From: Deltaproteobacteria bacterium
GTDB lineage: Bacteria; Myxococcota; Kuafuiibacteriia; Kuafuiibacteriales; Kuafuiibacteriaceae
Direction of reading: 5' to 3'
Length of the DNA stretch: 64,000 nt
NCBI GenBank assembly: GCA_040218735.1
Contig: JAVJQW010000062.1
Span: 64,001 to 128,000, forward strand
The position numbers and the translations under genes were made by a program. Shown in pieces: positions 50,093 to 60,784 of the stretch (position 1 is the first letter of the stretch; each line of letters opens with the position of its first letter). The notes beneath the pieces were generated by a model. That model was given only the letters and a program-made list of their open reading frames with translations. It was not told the origin of the DNA and made no database searches.

Positions 50093-51790
50093 CTACAAGA
50101 CCAACGCGAGCGTCACGGCCGCCAACAGGATCGTCCCGCCCAGCAGCATCAGCACCATCGGGTTGGGGCCGGTGCGGACGCGGTGGAGCGCCGAGACGAC
50201 CTCCTCCACCGGGTCGGGCGGAACCGTCTCCTCTTCGGCCGGCGCAGCGACCGCGAAGTTCGGCTCGACGTCGAAGACCACCGGCGTCGGATCGTTGGCC
50301 TCCGGGACCGACGGCGGGCGACGCGACGGGAGCGGCGGCGGCAGGTCGTCGCGCCTCGACGGGAGCGGCGGCGGCTCCGCCGCGTAGCCCTCCATCGGCT
50401 CCAGCGGATCCACCGTGATCAGATCCGGGTCGATGTCCTCGCGGATGATCATCGCCGAGAGGGTGTCCTCGGGGACGACCGACAGCGGGATGTCGTCCAC
50501 CGTGTCGCCCGGGAACAGGTCCTCGACGCACATGCGCATCGAGCGCTCCGGCGTCGCGCGCTCCATCGGCTTGGAGATGTGCTCGCCCGTGAGCCCGAAC
50601 GCCACCGACGAGCCCTCGTACAGGCCGTGGCGATCCATGAACCTCGACACCAGCGAAGGCATCGCGTGCCGGCCGCTGTCGTGCAGCCACGTGTTCAGCG
50701 CCGTGGCCATCGCCTGCGCGTCCGCGAACCGGTGCGCCGGATCCGCGTTCGTCGCGCGCGCGACGATCTTCTGCAGCCCGACCGGCACGTCCTCCTCGCC
50801 GAGGGTGTGCAGCGGGATCCCGGACTCGATCGTTTGAATGTAAACGCTGTCGGGCCTGCGCCCCTCGAACGCGTCGTGGCCGACCAGCAGCTCGTACAGC
50901 AGTCGTCCGATCGCGTAGACGTCCGACGCGCGCGTCCACCCCTGTTGCTGCAGCGACTCCGGCGCGAGGTACGCCGTGGCGCGCTGGGCCATCTCCATGA
51001 CCGCGTTCATGTCGTCGGCGCGGGACAGCTGCAGCGCAAACGTCGCGAGCTTCACCTGCCCCGTCCTCGAAATCAGCACGTTCGCCGGACACAGCTCGCC
51101 GACGACGACCCGAAGCGAACGCCCGTGTTCGTCGGACAGCTCGTGCGCGTGGTGCAGGCCGCGCAGCACCTCCGCGACGATCCACGCCACGACCTCGAAC
51201 GGCAGCGCTTCCTTGCGCTCCCGCATCTCGGACGTGACGCGCGCGAGGTTGGTGCCCTCGAGGTGCTCGAACGCGACGTACGCGCCCAGCTGATCCTCCC
51301 CGGCGTGTTCGACGCTCACGAGGTTCGGGTGGTGGAACGCGGCGCCGATGCGCGCTTGCGCCAGCGTCCGCGCGCGGCGCGCGGTGTAGTCGAAGTCGTT
51401 CTTCAGGAGCCGCAGCAAGAAGGCGCGGCGCGGGACACCGAACGCCATGGGTTTTTCGCCGATGTACAGGCGCCCGCTCGACGTCGTGCCGAGCGCGTTG
51501 ATCAGCTCGAAACCGCCCGGGCGATCCGGCCCCACCTCGACGCGGCTCTTCCGGTTGATCACCGCGGACAGCGCGGCCTCGCCGACCATCGCGGTGTCGT
51601 CCTCGTCGTCACCGTCGAGCGCGAAGTCCTGCTCCGTGACCGACAACGGTACCGACGAGATCACGGAGAAGCGCGGGGGCGCCTGCGTGTTCACGAGGGT
51701 CGCCACCTCCTCCGAGGGATCCGTGCTGAGGAGGCCTGATTCGATCCTGGGCCGGTTATCCAGGGCGGGCGCTCGACTGTCCTGTCGCAT
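50093..51790 (-). CDS. Pseudokinase with C-terminal TM anchor
   Basis: VGELCPAN in place of HRD, TFA in place of DFG, YLAPE, SDVYAIG; terminal hydrophobic helix. Confidence 0.8.
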   Translation of the reverse strand: MRQDSRAPALDNRPRIESGLLSTDPSEEVATLVNTQAPPRFSVISSVPLSVTEQDFALDGDDEDDTAMVGEAALSAVINRKSRVEVGPDRPGGFELINALGTTSSGRLYIGEKPMAFGVPRRAFLLRLLKNDFDYTARRARTLAQARIGAAFHHPNLVSVEHAGEDQLGAYVAFEHLEGTNLARVTSEMRERKEALPFEVVAWIVAEVLRGLHHAHELSDEHGRSLRVVVGELCPANVLISRTGQVKLATFALQLSRADDMNAVMEMAQRATAYLAPESLQQQGWTRASDVYAIGRLLYELLVGHDAFEGRRPDSVYIQTIESGIPLHTLGEEDVPVGLQKIVARATNADPAHRFADAQAMATALNTWLHDSGRHAMPSLVSRFMDRHGLYEGSSVAFGLTGEHISKPMERATPERSMRMCVEDLFPGDTVDDIPLSVVPEDTLSAMIIREDIDPDLITVDPLEPMEGYAAEPPPLPSRRDDLPPPLPSRRPPSVPEANDPTPVVFDVEPNFAVAAPAEEETVPPDPVEEVVSALHRVRTGPNPMVLMLLGGTILLAAVTLALVL

Positions 51791-51968
51791 GGGTGGGCTC
51801 CTGGATCCCAGGATCGAGGGACGGAGCCGGCGGCACAACGGGGCGGATGCACCTCAACTGCGCACCTGACCGACCATCGGTCGGCGAATGAGATGACGCC
51901 GCGCTGACGCGAAGAGGACAAACGTCGCAGTTCGGGAAGATAGTGGGTCGGGGGACGTAATCCGGCTC

Positions 51969-53657
51969 GTGCATCGCTGGACAACCGTTCCCCTGCTCGC
52001 CCTCGCGCTCGCTGCGGCGCCGACCCTCGCGGGCGCGACCCCGACCATCACGCTCACCGGCAACGCCGAAGGCCCCAAGACCCACGACGCGCGCGGGACG
52101 GTGTCCGGCATGGTCTACAAGGTCCCCGACAGCCCCTTTCGCGACTGCGGCCTCTACAGCGTGATGGTTCGCGACGTCCTCGCGGTGGTCGAGGTGAAGG
52201 CGAAGACCGAGGCGAAGATCTCCATCGTACGCGACGGACGCGCGATCGACGGCCTCGGGCTCATCCTGAGCGATTTGGAGCGCAAGAAGTACGAGTGCAC
52301 GAAGGGCGGCCGCACCTCGATCGCCAAAATCCTCCAGCCGGGACGGTACGAGGTCTACCTCAAAGCGCTCCGGAGCGCGCTGACCGCGGGCCAAAAGGGC
52401 GACGCTTCCGCGATCGTCCGGGTCGACGTCGCCGCGCCGCCGCCGCCCAAACCGCCGCCCGTCGTCGTCGCGGACCCACTCACCCGGGCCCCCGACATCC
52501 AGCGTGCCGAATTCGTGAAGGGCAGCGGCCAGGTCGTGGTCCAGACCGTCGAGGCCCCCGCAGGGTCGATCCGCGCCAAGTGCGGTCCTTCGCACGACTG
52601 GTCGGGCGGTCAGCCGTACTTCGTGTTCCCCGACGAAGCGAGCCTCGAGATCGACTTCGCCCGGCCGACGGGCGACGTCGTGATCGAGTACGCGTCGGTC
52701 GAGTCGACGGAAGTCGCGCACCACGTGACCTATGCGAACGGACGCACGAGCTGCTTCCCGCTCGAAGACGACAGCCCGCGCAACTTCGGGACCGGTAGGA
52801 TGGCGACGGACCCCGTGATTCCGGACGGACCGGTCCTCGTGCGCGTCGGATTCATCGAGAAGAAGCCGCGGCCGCGGGTGACGGTCGTGATCCGCGAGCG
52901 GAAGACGCCGATCGACGCGCTCGCGGTCATGGGCGACATCCCGAACGAGATACCGCTCGCGGAGCGCTACACGAACCGTTGGGTGCCGTTGATGACGCTG
53001 ACCTGGAACCACGCCGAGGACCTGTCGCTCCTGTTCGAGAAGCTCCCCCGGTCGTTGTGGGTGTACGCGCGCTACGACTTCGACAAGGACGTCGTCAAAC
53101 CGACGTGGCTCGGCGGGATGTCGGGACCGACCGAGGAGGACCTGTTGGCCGTGAAGTACCCCAAGAAGAACGAGCCGCTGCTGCTGGTCGCCGAGCAGAC
53201 GGGGACCGCCGTGATCAGCGCCGACGGCAACCGGTATCGCCTGAAGAGTCGAAGCGCGGTGGTCGACGCCCCGGACGGCGAGCCCGTGTTTCCCGCAAAG
53301 GCGCGCAACGTGACGCTCGATCTCGACGAGGGGTCGGAGCACGCGGACGCGAAGCTCGTCGCTGCCGTCGCCAAACACAAGAAGCGCGCGGCGAAGGCGG
53401 AGGCGTGCTGGTTCAAGACCGTGAAAAAGCTCGGAGGGTTCACCAGCCGCGGCGTGAAGATGTACGAGGTCACCTACCGAAACGGCGAGGTCGTCAGCGT
53501 CCAGGACTACGGCAACAAGGTGAGCCGCCGAGCGTCGAAGAAGTGCGGCGTGAATCGCTACCGGAAGGCGGAGGAGAAGCTCCTTCGACGGCTGCACAAG
53601 TCGTACGACGTGCGCGCCAAGAAGCGCCTGGCGGCGATCGCGGCGAAGGCCAACTAA
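51969..53657 (+). CDS. Secreted hypothetical protein
   Basis: Signal peptide, typical codon bias, basic helical C-terminus. Confidence 0.7.
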   Translation: MHRWTTVPLLALALAAAPTLAGATPTITLTGNAEGPKTHDARGTVSGMVYKVPDSPFRDCGLYSVMVRDVLAVVEVKAKTEAKISIVRDGRAIDGLGLILSDLERKKYECTKGGRTSIAKILQPGRYEVYLKALRSALTAGQKGDASAIVRVDVAAPPPPKPPPVVVADPLTRAPDIQRAEFVKGSGQVVVQTVEAPAGSIRAKCGPSHDWSGGQPYFVFPDEASLEIDFARPTGDVVIEYASVESTEVAHHVTYANGRTSCFPLEDDSPRNFGTGRMATDPVIPDGPVLVRVGFIEKKPRPRVTVVIRERKTPIDALAVMGDIPNEIPLAERYTNRWVPLMTLTWNHAEDLSLLFEKLPRSLWVYARYDFDKDVVKPTWLGGMSGPTEEDLLAVKYPKKNEPLLLVAEQTGTAVISADGNRYRLKSRSAVVDAPDGEPVFPAKARNVTLDLDEGSEHADAKLVAAVAKHKKRAAKAEACWFKTVKKLGGFTSRGVKMYEVTYRNGEVVSVQDYGNKVSRRASKKCGVNRYRKAEEKLLRRLHKSYDVRAKKRLAAIAAKAN

Positions 53658-53741
53658 GGGGCCCTCGAGCCTCAGCCCGACGCGAAGCCTTCGAGCCTCG
53701 GTCCGGTCGTCGTTCGCGCGTCAGGAGAAGAGGGAGAAAAA

Positions 53742-53819
53742 TGGCGCACCAGGAAGGATTCGAACCTCCGACCTCCGGATTCGTAGTCCGGCGCTCTATC
53801 CGGGCTAAGCTACTGGTGC
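53742..53819 (-). tRNA. tRNA-Arg(ACG)
   Basis: GCACCAG/CTGGTGC acceptor stem, ccgga-ctACGaa-tccgg, GGTTCGAATCC, encoded CCA. Confidence 0.97.
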
Positions 53820-53858
53820 GCTGCCCGGCGCCGTAATCACCATCCGCTGGGACCAATG

Positions 53859-54641
53859 TCAACCGATAAGTCGCTGCGCGGTCGGACGGGCGAGCGCTTC
53901 CGTCTCTTTCGCGCTCGCTTCGATGGCGTCGACCGAATCCACGAGCTCGTCGAGGCGGCCCGAGATCTCCTCGGGGGAGTCCATCGTCGCCACCTGGTCG
54001 CGGATCAGCGCCATCGTGTTCTCGACGAGCTGTAGCTGCCCGCGCGCGTGACGGACCCGCCGTCGCATCTCGGCGACCCGCTCCAGGCGGGCCTCCATCA
54101 GCGCGAGGTTGTCGGCGGCGGTGCGGCGCGCTTCGTCGTCCGAGGTCTTCTCGACCACCGCGCGCTGACGTCGGACCTCCGCTTCGAGCGCGTCGAGATC
54201 CGTCCCGTCGAGGAACGCGTCCAACCGCGCCGCCTCCGAAGCGATCCGCACGAACGACTCGACGAGGTGATCCACCTTCGACAGCTCGCCCTGCATCATC
54301 GACATCGACAGCGACGGGTTCTCACCGGTCAGCCGGTGCACGTCCTTCCGCATCCGATCCACTTCGAGGTAGCGGCGACGGTCGTCCTCCGACACCTTCG
54401 ACAGCTGCGTCTGCGTGTCGACCGCGCGCGCTTCGGACGCCGTGTCCGCGAGCAGCGCGGCGTGGTACCGACGCGGCCCCGGCAACGCGGCGCCGACCGT
54501 CAGCCACAACAGCTCCGTCGCGCCCGCGACCGCGAGCGGAATCCAGGTCCCGGTCAGGAACGCCGTCACGCCGGCGCCCGCCAACATCATGACGTTCAGC
54601 GGGTGCGTGAGGGCGGTGGAGAATCGGCTCGGTGCGGCCAC
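53859..54641 (-). CDS. Two-TM coiled-coil protein, PspA-associated
   Basis: Two N-terminal hydrophobic helices followed by a long coiled coil; 8 bp downstream of pspA. Confidence 0.75.
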   Translation of the reverse strand: MAAPSRFSTALTHPLNVMMLAGAGVTAFLTGTWIPLAVAGATELLWLTVGAALPGPRRYHAALLADTASEARAVDTQTQLSKVSEDDRRRYLEVDRMRKDVHRLTGENPSLSMSMMQGELSKVDHLVESFVRIASEAARLDAFLDGTDLDALEAEVRRQRAVVEKTSDDEARRTAADNLALMEARLERVAEMRRRVRHARGQLQLVENTMALIRDQVATMDSPEEISGRLDELVDSVDAIEASAKETEALARPTAQRLIG

Positions 54642-54649
54642 CGCGCCGA

Positions 54650-55357
<708 letters not shown>

Positions 55358-55475
55358 GTGACCTTTCAGATAACCGCGCGCAAAAACACCGTCAAGCGGC
55401 CCCCACCATGACATCGATCCCGGCCACTGGTAGCGTTCCCGGGCCGCGCTGGGCCCCGGTACGGCCGCTCGAGCC

Positions 55476-58400
55476 ATGAACGTCTCCTGTCCATCGTGCA
55501 AGACCCGCTATTCCGTCGACGACAGCCGCGTCCCTGCGACCGGCGTCACGATCCGCTGCCCCAAATGCAGCCATACGTTCGTCGCCAAACGCCCCGACGC
55601 GGGGGCACGGCCGCAGAGCGCCGTCGCCCTCCCCGGTAGCGTCGCGAACGACCGTCCGGCCGCACCGCGCGGATCCAGCGCCGTCGCCCTCCCCGGCAGC
55701 GTCGCGGGGAACAGCCGAATCCCGGCGGCCACCACCGACGCCGGCCTCGACGACGACCTCGATCTCGGCATCGAGGACACGCCGCCGCCGAGCCCCAGCC
55801 CCGCGCCGGGCGGCTACACGGACCTCCCCGCGCCCCGCGCGAGCGCCGCGCAGGCGCAGTCCTTCGACGACGGCGTCCTCGACTTCATCGACAACACCGC
55901 CGACCGCGCGGGCGTCGATGGCGCCCGGCCGGCCTCCATCGAGTACAAGGTTCGGCGCCGCAACGGACGCGTCGACGGCCCATTCGGCGTGCCGCGCCTC
56001 GTCGTGATGATCCGCAACAAGGAGCTCACGGGCGGCGAGGACATCTCCGAAGACGGCGTGCAGTGGCGCGCGATGACCAGCCACCCCGAGCTCAACCAGG
56101 CGATCAACGCGATCGCCGCGGCCGAAGACGGGATGGCGTTCGGCAACGTCGACCTCCCGATCCCCGCCGGCACGGACCTCCCCGCGAGCCGCGACATGCC
56201 GGACCTCGCCGCGCGCGGTCACGCTGCCCCCAGCAGCGCGCCGCCCGCGTTCGGCGGCGGCGCACCGATCGGCGGTGACCTCGAGCTCGACAGCCCCGGC
56301 GGCGGCAACGCCTTCGGAGGCGGCGGCGGCGGCCGCGCCGCGGCTCCGCGTACCCCCTCGTCCATGGATGACCTCATGGACGATCTCGACCTCGACGACG
56401 ATCTCGGCGACGGCGACCTCGACGATCTCGACGACGATCCCCTCGGCGAGGATCCGCCCGCGCCCGGCGAGCGCGCCGCACGCGCCCCGGACGACCTCGA
56501 GGTCGGCGACATCCCCGAGCTCCCGCCGTTCTGGAAGACGTACAAGAAGCCGATCCTCGCGTTCGTCGGCGCCGCGGCGCTGATCCTGGTCGGCGTCTTC
56601 ACGCAGCTGTTCACCAAGTGCGGCGCGTTCGGCGTGCTGTGCGCCTACGAAGCGATCACCGCCACCGCGCCGCCGCCGGCGCCGCCCAAGCCGCCGCCGC
56701 CCCCGCCGAAGGTCGCCGATCCCAAGGAGATCGCGTCGCTGATCGACTCCGGGACCTACGAAGGCTTCCGTTCGGTGTTCGCGACGATCCAGCAGGCCGG
56801 CCCCACGCTGCCGGACAACATGCTCGCGCTCGCGAAGGCCCGTGGCTTCGCCACGCTCGCGTACGGCCCCGCGGTGTTCCCGCTCGACGACCTGACGAGC
56901 TCGGTCGAAGCGCTCAACACCGTCGACCTCGCGAAGGCGATGGGCGGTAACTCCGCCGCGGCGAACGTCGAGATCCTCAAGGCGCGCTCCGCTCTGGAGA
57001 TCCTCACCGCGCAGGCGGGTTCCGCGGCCAACCAGCTCTCCGGGCTCGCGGCGCAGCGATCGGACGACGAGGAGATCGCGCTCCTGCTGGGGGTCGCGTT
57101 GTCCAAGACGAAGAAACCCGTCGAAGCGCTCGCCGCGCTCGACAAGGCGATCATCGCCGCCCCGAAGTACGCGCCTGCGCTCCACGCGATCGGCGACGTC
57201 GTCGCGTCGATGGAGGAGGAGTCGAGCCAGATCGACGCCGCGGTCTGGTACGAAAAGGCGCTGGTCGCGAAGCCGGAGCACGCCCGCTCCGCGATGGCCG
57301 CCGCGGATCTCTACACCGCGATGCATCGGTTCGGGGAGCGCCGCCGCGTCCGCGTGAAGGCGTGTGAGCACGCGGCGGTCGGCCTGCCGCCGGAGCAACG
57401 GGCGCCGGTGCTGCTCGCGACGGTCCAGGACTTCGACCGCCTCGGCCGCATCCTCGAGGTCACGAAGTTCGCCGCCGAGGGTGCGCGGCTCGAGCCCGCC
57501 AACTCGAAGCACGTCGGGCTCGCGGCCATCGCGCTGTCGGCGGAAGGCAAACACGACGAGGGCTTCGCGCTCATCGACAACCTCCTGAAGCGCAACCCCG
57601 CAGACGCCGAGGGGCTCCTCGCCCGCGCGCGCCTCTACAACGCGACGGAGGACATCGCGAAGGGCTTCCTCGATCTCGACGCCGCCCGAAAGTCGGCACC
57701 GAAGGACTACCGCCCGCCGCTGTGGGAGGCGCGCTTTCACCTTCAGCTCGGCAAGTTCAGCGACGCGCGGCTGTCACTCGCGCGCGCGATCAAGCTCGCG
57801 AAGACGGACCCCACGCCGAGCGTGGAGCTCGGTCGCCTCGACCTCTCCGAGGGTGACGTCGATGCGGCATTCCTCCTCGCGCAGGACGCCGTGAAGGTCG
57901 ACCCGTACGACGCGCGGTCGCACGTGCTCCTCGGCGCGTGTTACGGCGCGCGCGGTCAGCTCGACAAGGCGCTCGAGACGTACCAGACGGCGCGCACGCT
58001 GGACGACGAGCTCGTCGACGCGCAGCTCGGCTACGCGAACACCCTCCGCGAGCTCGGCGCGAAGCGGAAGGATCCGGCCACGTCGAAGGAGCTCGGCGAA
58101 GCGATCCCGACCTACCTCGCCGTGCTCGAAGCGAACCCCGGCAACCCGCAGGTGCTGTTCGAGTACGGACGCGGGCTGGAGATGACCGGCGACGTCCAGG
58201 CCGCGCTCGCGCTGTACAAGGAGGCGTCGAGCCTCGACGAGCGCGACGTCCGCCCGCACCTCAAGATGGTGCAGGCCTACCTCACGCAAGAGGAGCCGGA
58301 CCTCGCGGAGGCCACGAAGTCGCTGAAGGTGGCGAAGAAGATCGAGGCGCAGGCCGGCAAGCCGACCGCGGAGGTGTCCTTCTGGGACGCGCGCGTGGCG

Positions 58401-59024
58401 CTGACCGACAGACGAGTGCACGACGCCGAGTCCGCGATGCGACAGGCGGTGGAGATGGAGCCGAAGAACGCGGAGTACGCGTTCTGGTTGGGGCGGGTTC
58501 TGGAGAAGAACAACTCGCTGTACGAGGCGATCACGTTCTACGAGAAGTCGGTCTCCCTGAACTCGCGGCTGGCGAAGGCGCACCGTGCGCTGGGGTGGAC
58601 GGCGATCGAGCGGCACCAGTTCGAAAAGGCCCGCCTCGCGTTCGAAAAGTACCGTGAAGCCGCGCCGGACGACCCGTCGATCTGGGCCGACATCGGGGAG
58701 AGTTACACGCGGCAGAACATGGACGGTAAGGCGCTCACCGCGTTCGAGAAGGCGGTCGCCGCGAACCCGAAACACGCCGACGCGCTGATGCAGATCGGGC
58801 AGATCCTCAGCCGGCGCGGCAAGGACAAGGACGCCGTGAGTTTCTTCAAGCGAGCGACCCGCGCGGCGCCGAAGCGCGCCGACGCTTGGTGTCAGCTCGG
58901 CATCGCGACGAGTCAGCGCGGCGTGACGAAGGAGTCGCGTCGGGCCCTGCAGAAGTGCATCGAGCTCCCGAACGCCCCCGAGGACATGCGGGTCACCGCG
59001 ACGAACATCCTCGAGTCACGCTGA
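55476..59024 (+). CDS. MJ0042-type zinc ribbon-GYF-TM-TPR protein
   Basis: CPSC..Y...D.......RCPKCSHTF; G.VDGPF..W GYF_2-like; TM; extensive TPR pattern. Confidence 0.88.
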   Translation: MNVSCPSCKTRYSVDDSRVPATGVTIRCPKCSHTFVAKRPDAGARPQSAVALPGSVANDRPAAPRGSSAVALPGSVAGNSRIPAATTDAGLDDDLDLGIEDTPPPSPSPAPGGYTDLPAPRASAAQAQSFDDGVLDFIDNTADRAGVDGARPASIEYKVRRRNGRVDGPFGVPRLVVMIRNKELTGGEDISEDGVQWRAMTSHPELNQAINAIAAAEDGMAFGNVDLPIPAGTDLPASRDMPDLAARGHAAPSSAPPAFGGGAPIGGDLELDSPGGGNAFGGGGGGRAAAPRTPSSMDDLMDDLDLDDDLGDGDLDDLDDDPLGEDPPAPGERAARAPDDLEVGDIPELPPFWKTYKKPILAFVGAAALILVGVFTQLFTKCGAFGVLCAYEAITATAPPPAPPKPPPPPPKVADPKEIASLIDSGTYEGFRSVFATIQQAGPTLPDNMLALAKARGFATLAYGPAVFPLDDLTSSVEALNTVDLAKAMGGNSAAANVEILKARSALEILTAQAGSAANQLSGLAAQRSDDEEIALLLGVALSKTKKPVEALAALDKAIIAAPKYAPALHAIGDVVASMEEESSQIDAAVWYEKALVAKPEHARSAMAAADLYTAMHRFGERRRVRVKACEHAAVGLPPEQRAPVLLATVQDFDRLGRILEVTKFAAEGARLEPANSKHVGLAAIALSAEGKHDEGFALIDNLLKRNPADAEGLLARARLYNATEDIAKGFLDLDAARKSAPKDYRPPLWEARFHLQLGKFSDARLSLARAIKLAKTDPTPSVELGRLDLSEGDVDAAFLLAQDAVKVDPYDARSHVLLGACYGARGQLDKALETYQTARTLDDELVDAQLGYANTLRELGAKRKDPATSKELGEAIPTYLAVLEANPGNPQVLFEYGRGLEMTGDVQAALALYKEASSLDERDVRPHLKMVQAYLTQEEPDLAEATKSLKVAKKIEAQAGKPTAEVSFWDARVALTDRRVHDAESAMRQAVEMEPKNAEYAFWLGRVLEKNNSLYEAITFYEKSVSLNSRLAKAHRALGWTAIERHQFEKARLAFEKYREAAPDDPSIWADIGESYTRQNMDGKALTAFEKAVAANPKHADALMQIGQILSRRGKDKDAVSFFKRATRAAPKRADAWCQLGIATSQRGVTKESRRALQKCIELPNAPEDMRVTATNILESR

Positions 59025-59028
59025 CGCC

Positions 59029-59940
59029 CTACCAGTAGAGCGCCTCGAACCCGGGGCGATCCAACGCGACCACGATACGAACGTGGTAGGCGGCGCGGGA
59101 CTTCTGCAGCTCGGTGCCGACGAGCGCCGCCTCGATGCAGCCGACCTCCGCGTCCAGATCCGCGGTCACGAGCTCGGCGCGCGCGGCGGTGATTCGACCG
59201 CTGGCGTCGACGTCGGCGACGTACGCCATCGTCACCGGATCCGTGATCGCCTCGCGCGTCGACGCGGTGCACGTCTCGATCTTGTCGCGGGCGGCGGCGA
59301 CCGCGACCGTCGCGCGCTCGTCATCGACGGCGGCGTCGAGGGCGCGCGCTTCGATGCGCACCTTCGCGTCGCCCGGACGAACCCAAGCGGCGAGCCGCTT
59401 CATCGCCTCCGTCTCGAGCTGCGCGAGGGCGTCACCCTCGGCGGGGACCAGCCGATACGCGAGGGCCTCGACGTGCAGCGCCCACTGACCGCTCCCCTTC
59501 TTCGTGAAGCAGGAAGCGAGCGCACCCGCTTCGGCCTCCGCGAGGCGGAACGTGACTTCGAGCTCGAGCGCCTTCGCCGCGCGCTGGGCCTTGGCGCGGT
59601 CGGCGCGGGTCGCGTCGATGGTGAACGCGGCGTCGCGCTCGTCCGCCGACAACAACGCGGCGCCGTCGAGCGCGAGGAGCGGACGATCCAGCGCGAGCGG
59701 GAGCGCGCCGTCCGCGTACGCGCGGAAGTCGAACCCGGCCGGACCGATCCGCGTGCGGTAGACGGCGCCGACCGCGGACGGCTCCCCGCCGCAGAGCTGC
59801 TTCAGGGCGTCGACCGTCAGGGCGCTCGGCTTCGCGAGCGAGCCCGGCCGGTCCGACCGCAGCATCGCGCGCTCGTCGGGGGCCGGCGCGGCCACGAGAC
59901 CGAGGGCGAGCGAGAGGGCGAGCGGCTGCGCGATAACCAT
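59029..59940 (-). CDS. Secreted hypothetical protein, C-terminus resembling the AgmX/PglI (TonB-C-like) domain
   Basis: Signal peptide; KIETC...VDASGRITAA...VGCIEAAL pattern. Confidence 0.6.
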   Translation of the reverse strand: MVIAQPLALSLALGLVAAPAPDERAMLRSDRPGSLAKPSALTVDALKQLCGGEPSAVGAVYRTRIGPAGFDFRAYADGALPLALDRPLLALDGAALLSADERDAAFTIDATRADRAKAQRAAKALELEVTFRLAEAEAGALASCFTKKGSGQWALHVEALAYRLVPAEGDALAQLETEAMKRLAAWVRPGDAKVRIEARALDAAVDDERATVAVAAARDKIETCTASTREAITDPVTMAYVADVDASGRITAARAELVTADLDAEVGCIEAALVGTELQKSRAAYHVRIVVALDRPGFEALYW

Positions 59941-60054
59941 AAAGTGATGCTAAATTATGGTCTAATTAAACATCAATCATGGAGGCCCCACTTCGCACGA
60001 TTTGGTGTTGCGCGTGTGGGACGTTTCTGGTTTATGCGTACGCCTTCCGTGGGC

Positions 60055-60130
<76 letters not shown>

Positions 60131-60147
60131 CACCTTTCCCCGCGGCT

Positions 60148-60663
60148 TCAGTCGCGATCTCCGCACAGCAGGGCCTCTTCGATGCCTTCGATCGGCTCGG
60201 GCCACAGGACCGTCGCGTCGAACCCGTCTTCGAAGGTCCGGAGCAGCTCGTCCGTCACGGTGGCGGTGACGGTGACGCGGCGGTCCTCGATCTCCCACGG
60301 CCGCGCCAAAAGGGCTCGGATTCCGAAGGCTTCGCAGACCTCGCCCGCCCCCGCGAGGCGGGTGACGAGTCGGGAGGTCAGCACCCGCTCCCCGGCCTGC
60401 ACGTCGAAGATCGTGAAGTCGACGGTCGCCCGCGTCCCCGGCAGCCCCGTGGTGCGCACCGCGAGATCCAGGTGGCAGCCCCCCTGGGGCCCGCGGGCGA
60501 GCCGCAGCGTCCCGTCCGGCGGCGCGTAGCCGGTCGCGCCCTGCCCGAGCTCCACCGTCGCCTCCGGGCTCGACGCACAACCGACGTCGAGCGGCGGCAC
60601 CTCCCCGGTGCAGCCGGCGAGCGTCGCGAGGAATACCCAAATCCCGAAGTTTCTCGGCACCAT
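60148..60663 (-). CDS. Hypothetical lipoprotein
   Basis: LAGC lipobox; ELGQG..GPQGGCHL motif of a myxobacterial lipoprotein type. Confidence 0.7.
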   Translation of the reverse strand: MVPRNFGIWVFLATLAGCTGEVPPLDVGCASSPEATVELGQGATGYAPPDGTLRLARGPQGGCHLDLAVRTTGLPGTRATVDFTIFDVQAGERVLTSRLVTRLAGAGEVCEAFGIRALLARPWEIEDRRVTVTATVTDELLRTFEDGFDATVLWPEPIEGIEEALLCGDRD

Positions 60664-60784
60664 GGGGCAAGTCGCGGATGGTCGATTCGACCCCCGAAAC
60701 CCGAAAGTGCGCACGCCCGTACGAGACCGGTTCGTCGCACCCCGCGGCGGACCTCGCCGTGCGGCGCCCCAACGGATCGCTCGA

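Noticed and set aside
53861-53870. CCGATAA as another sigma28-like box
   Set aside because: It is the antisense of the last codons of the 53859-54641 gene and has no gene start downstream.
59925-59965. dif/Xer recombination site
   Set aside because: Only the XerD-like arm matches; the XerC arm is poor and the spacer would be 8 rather than 6 bp.
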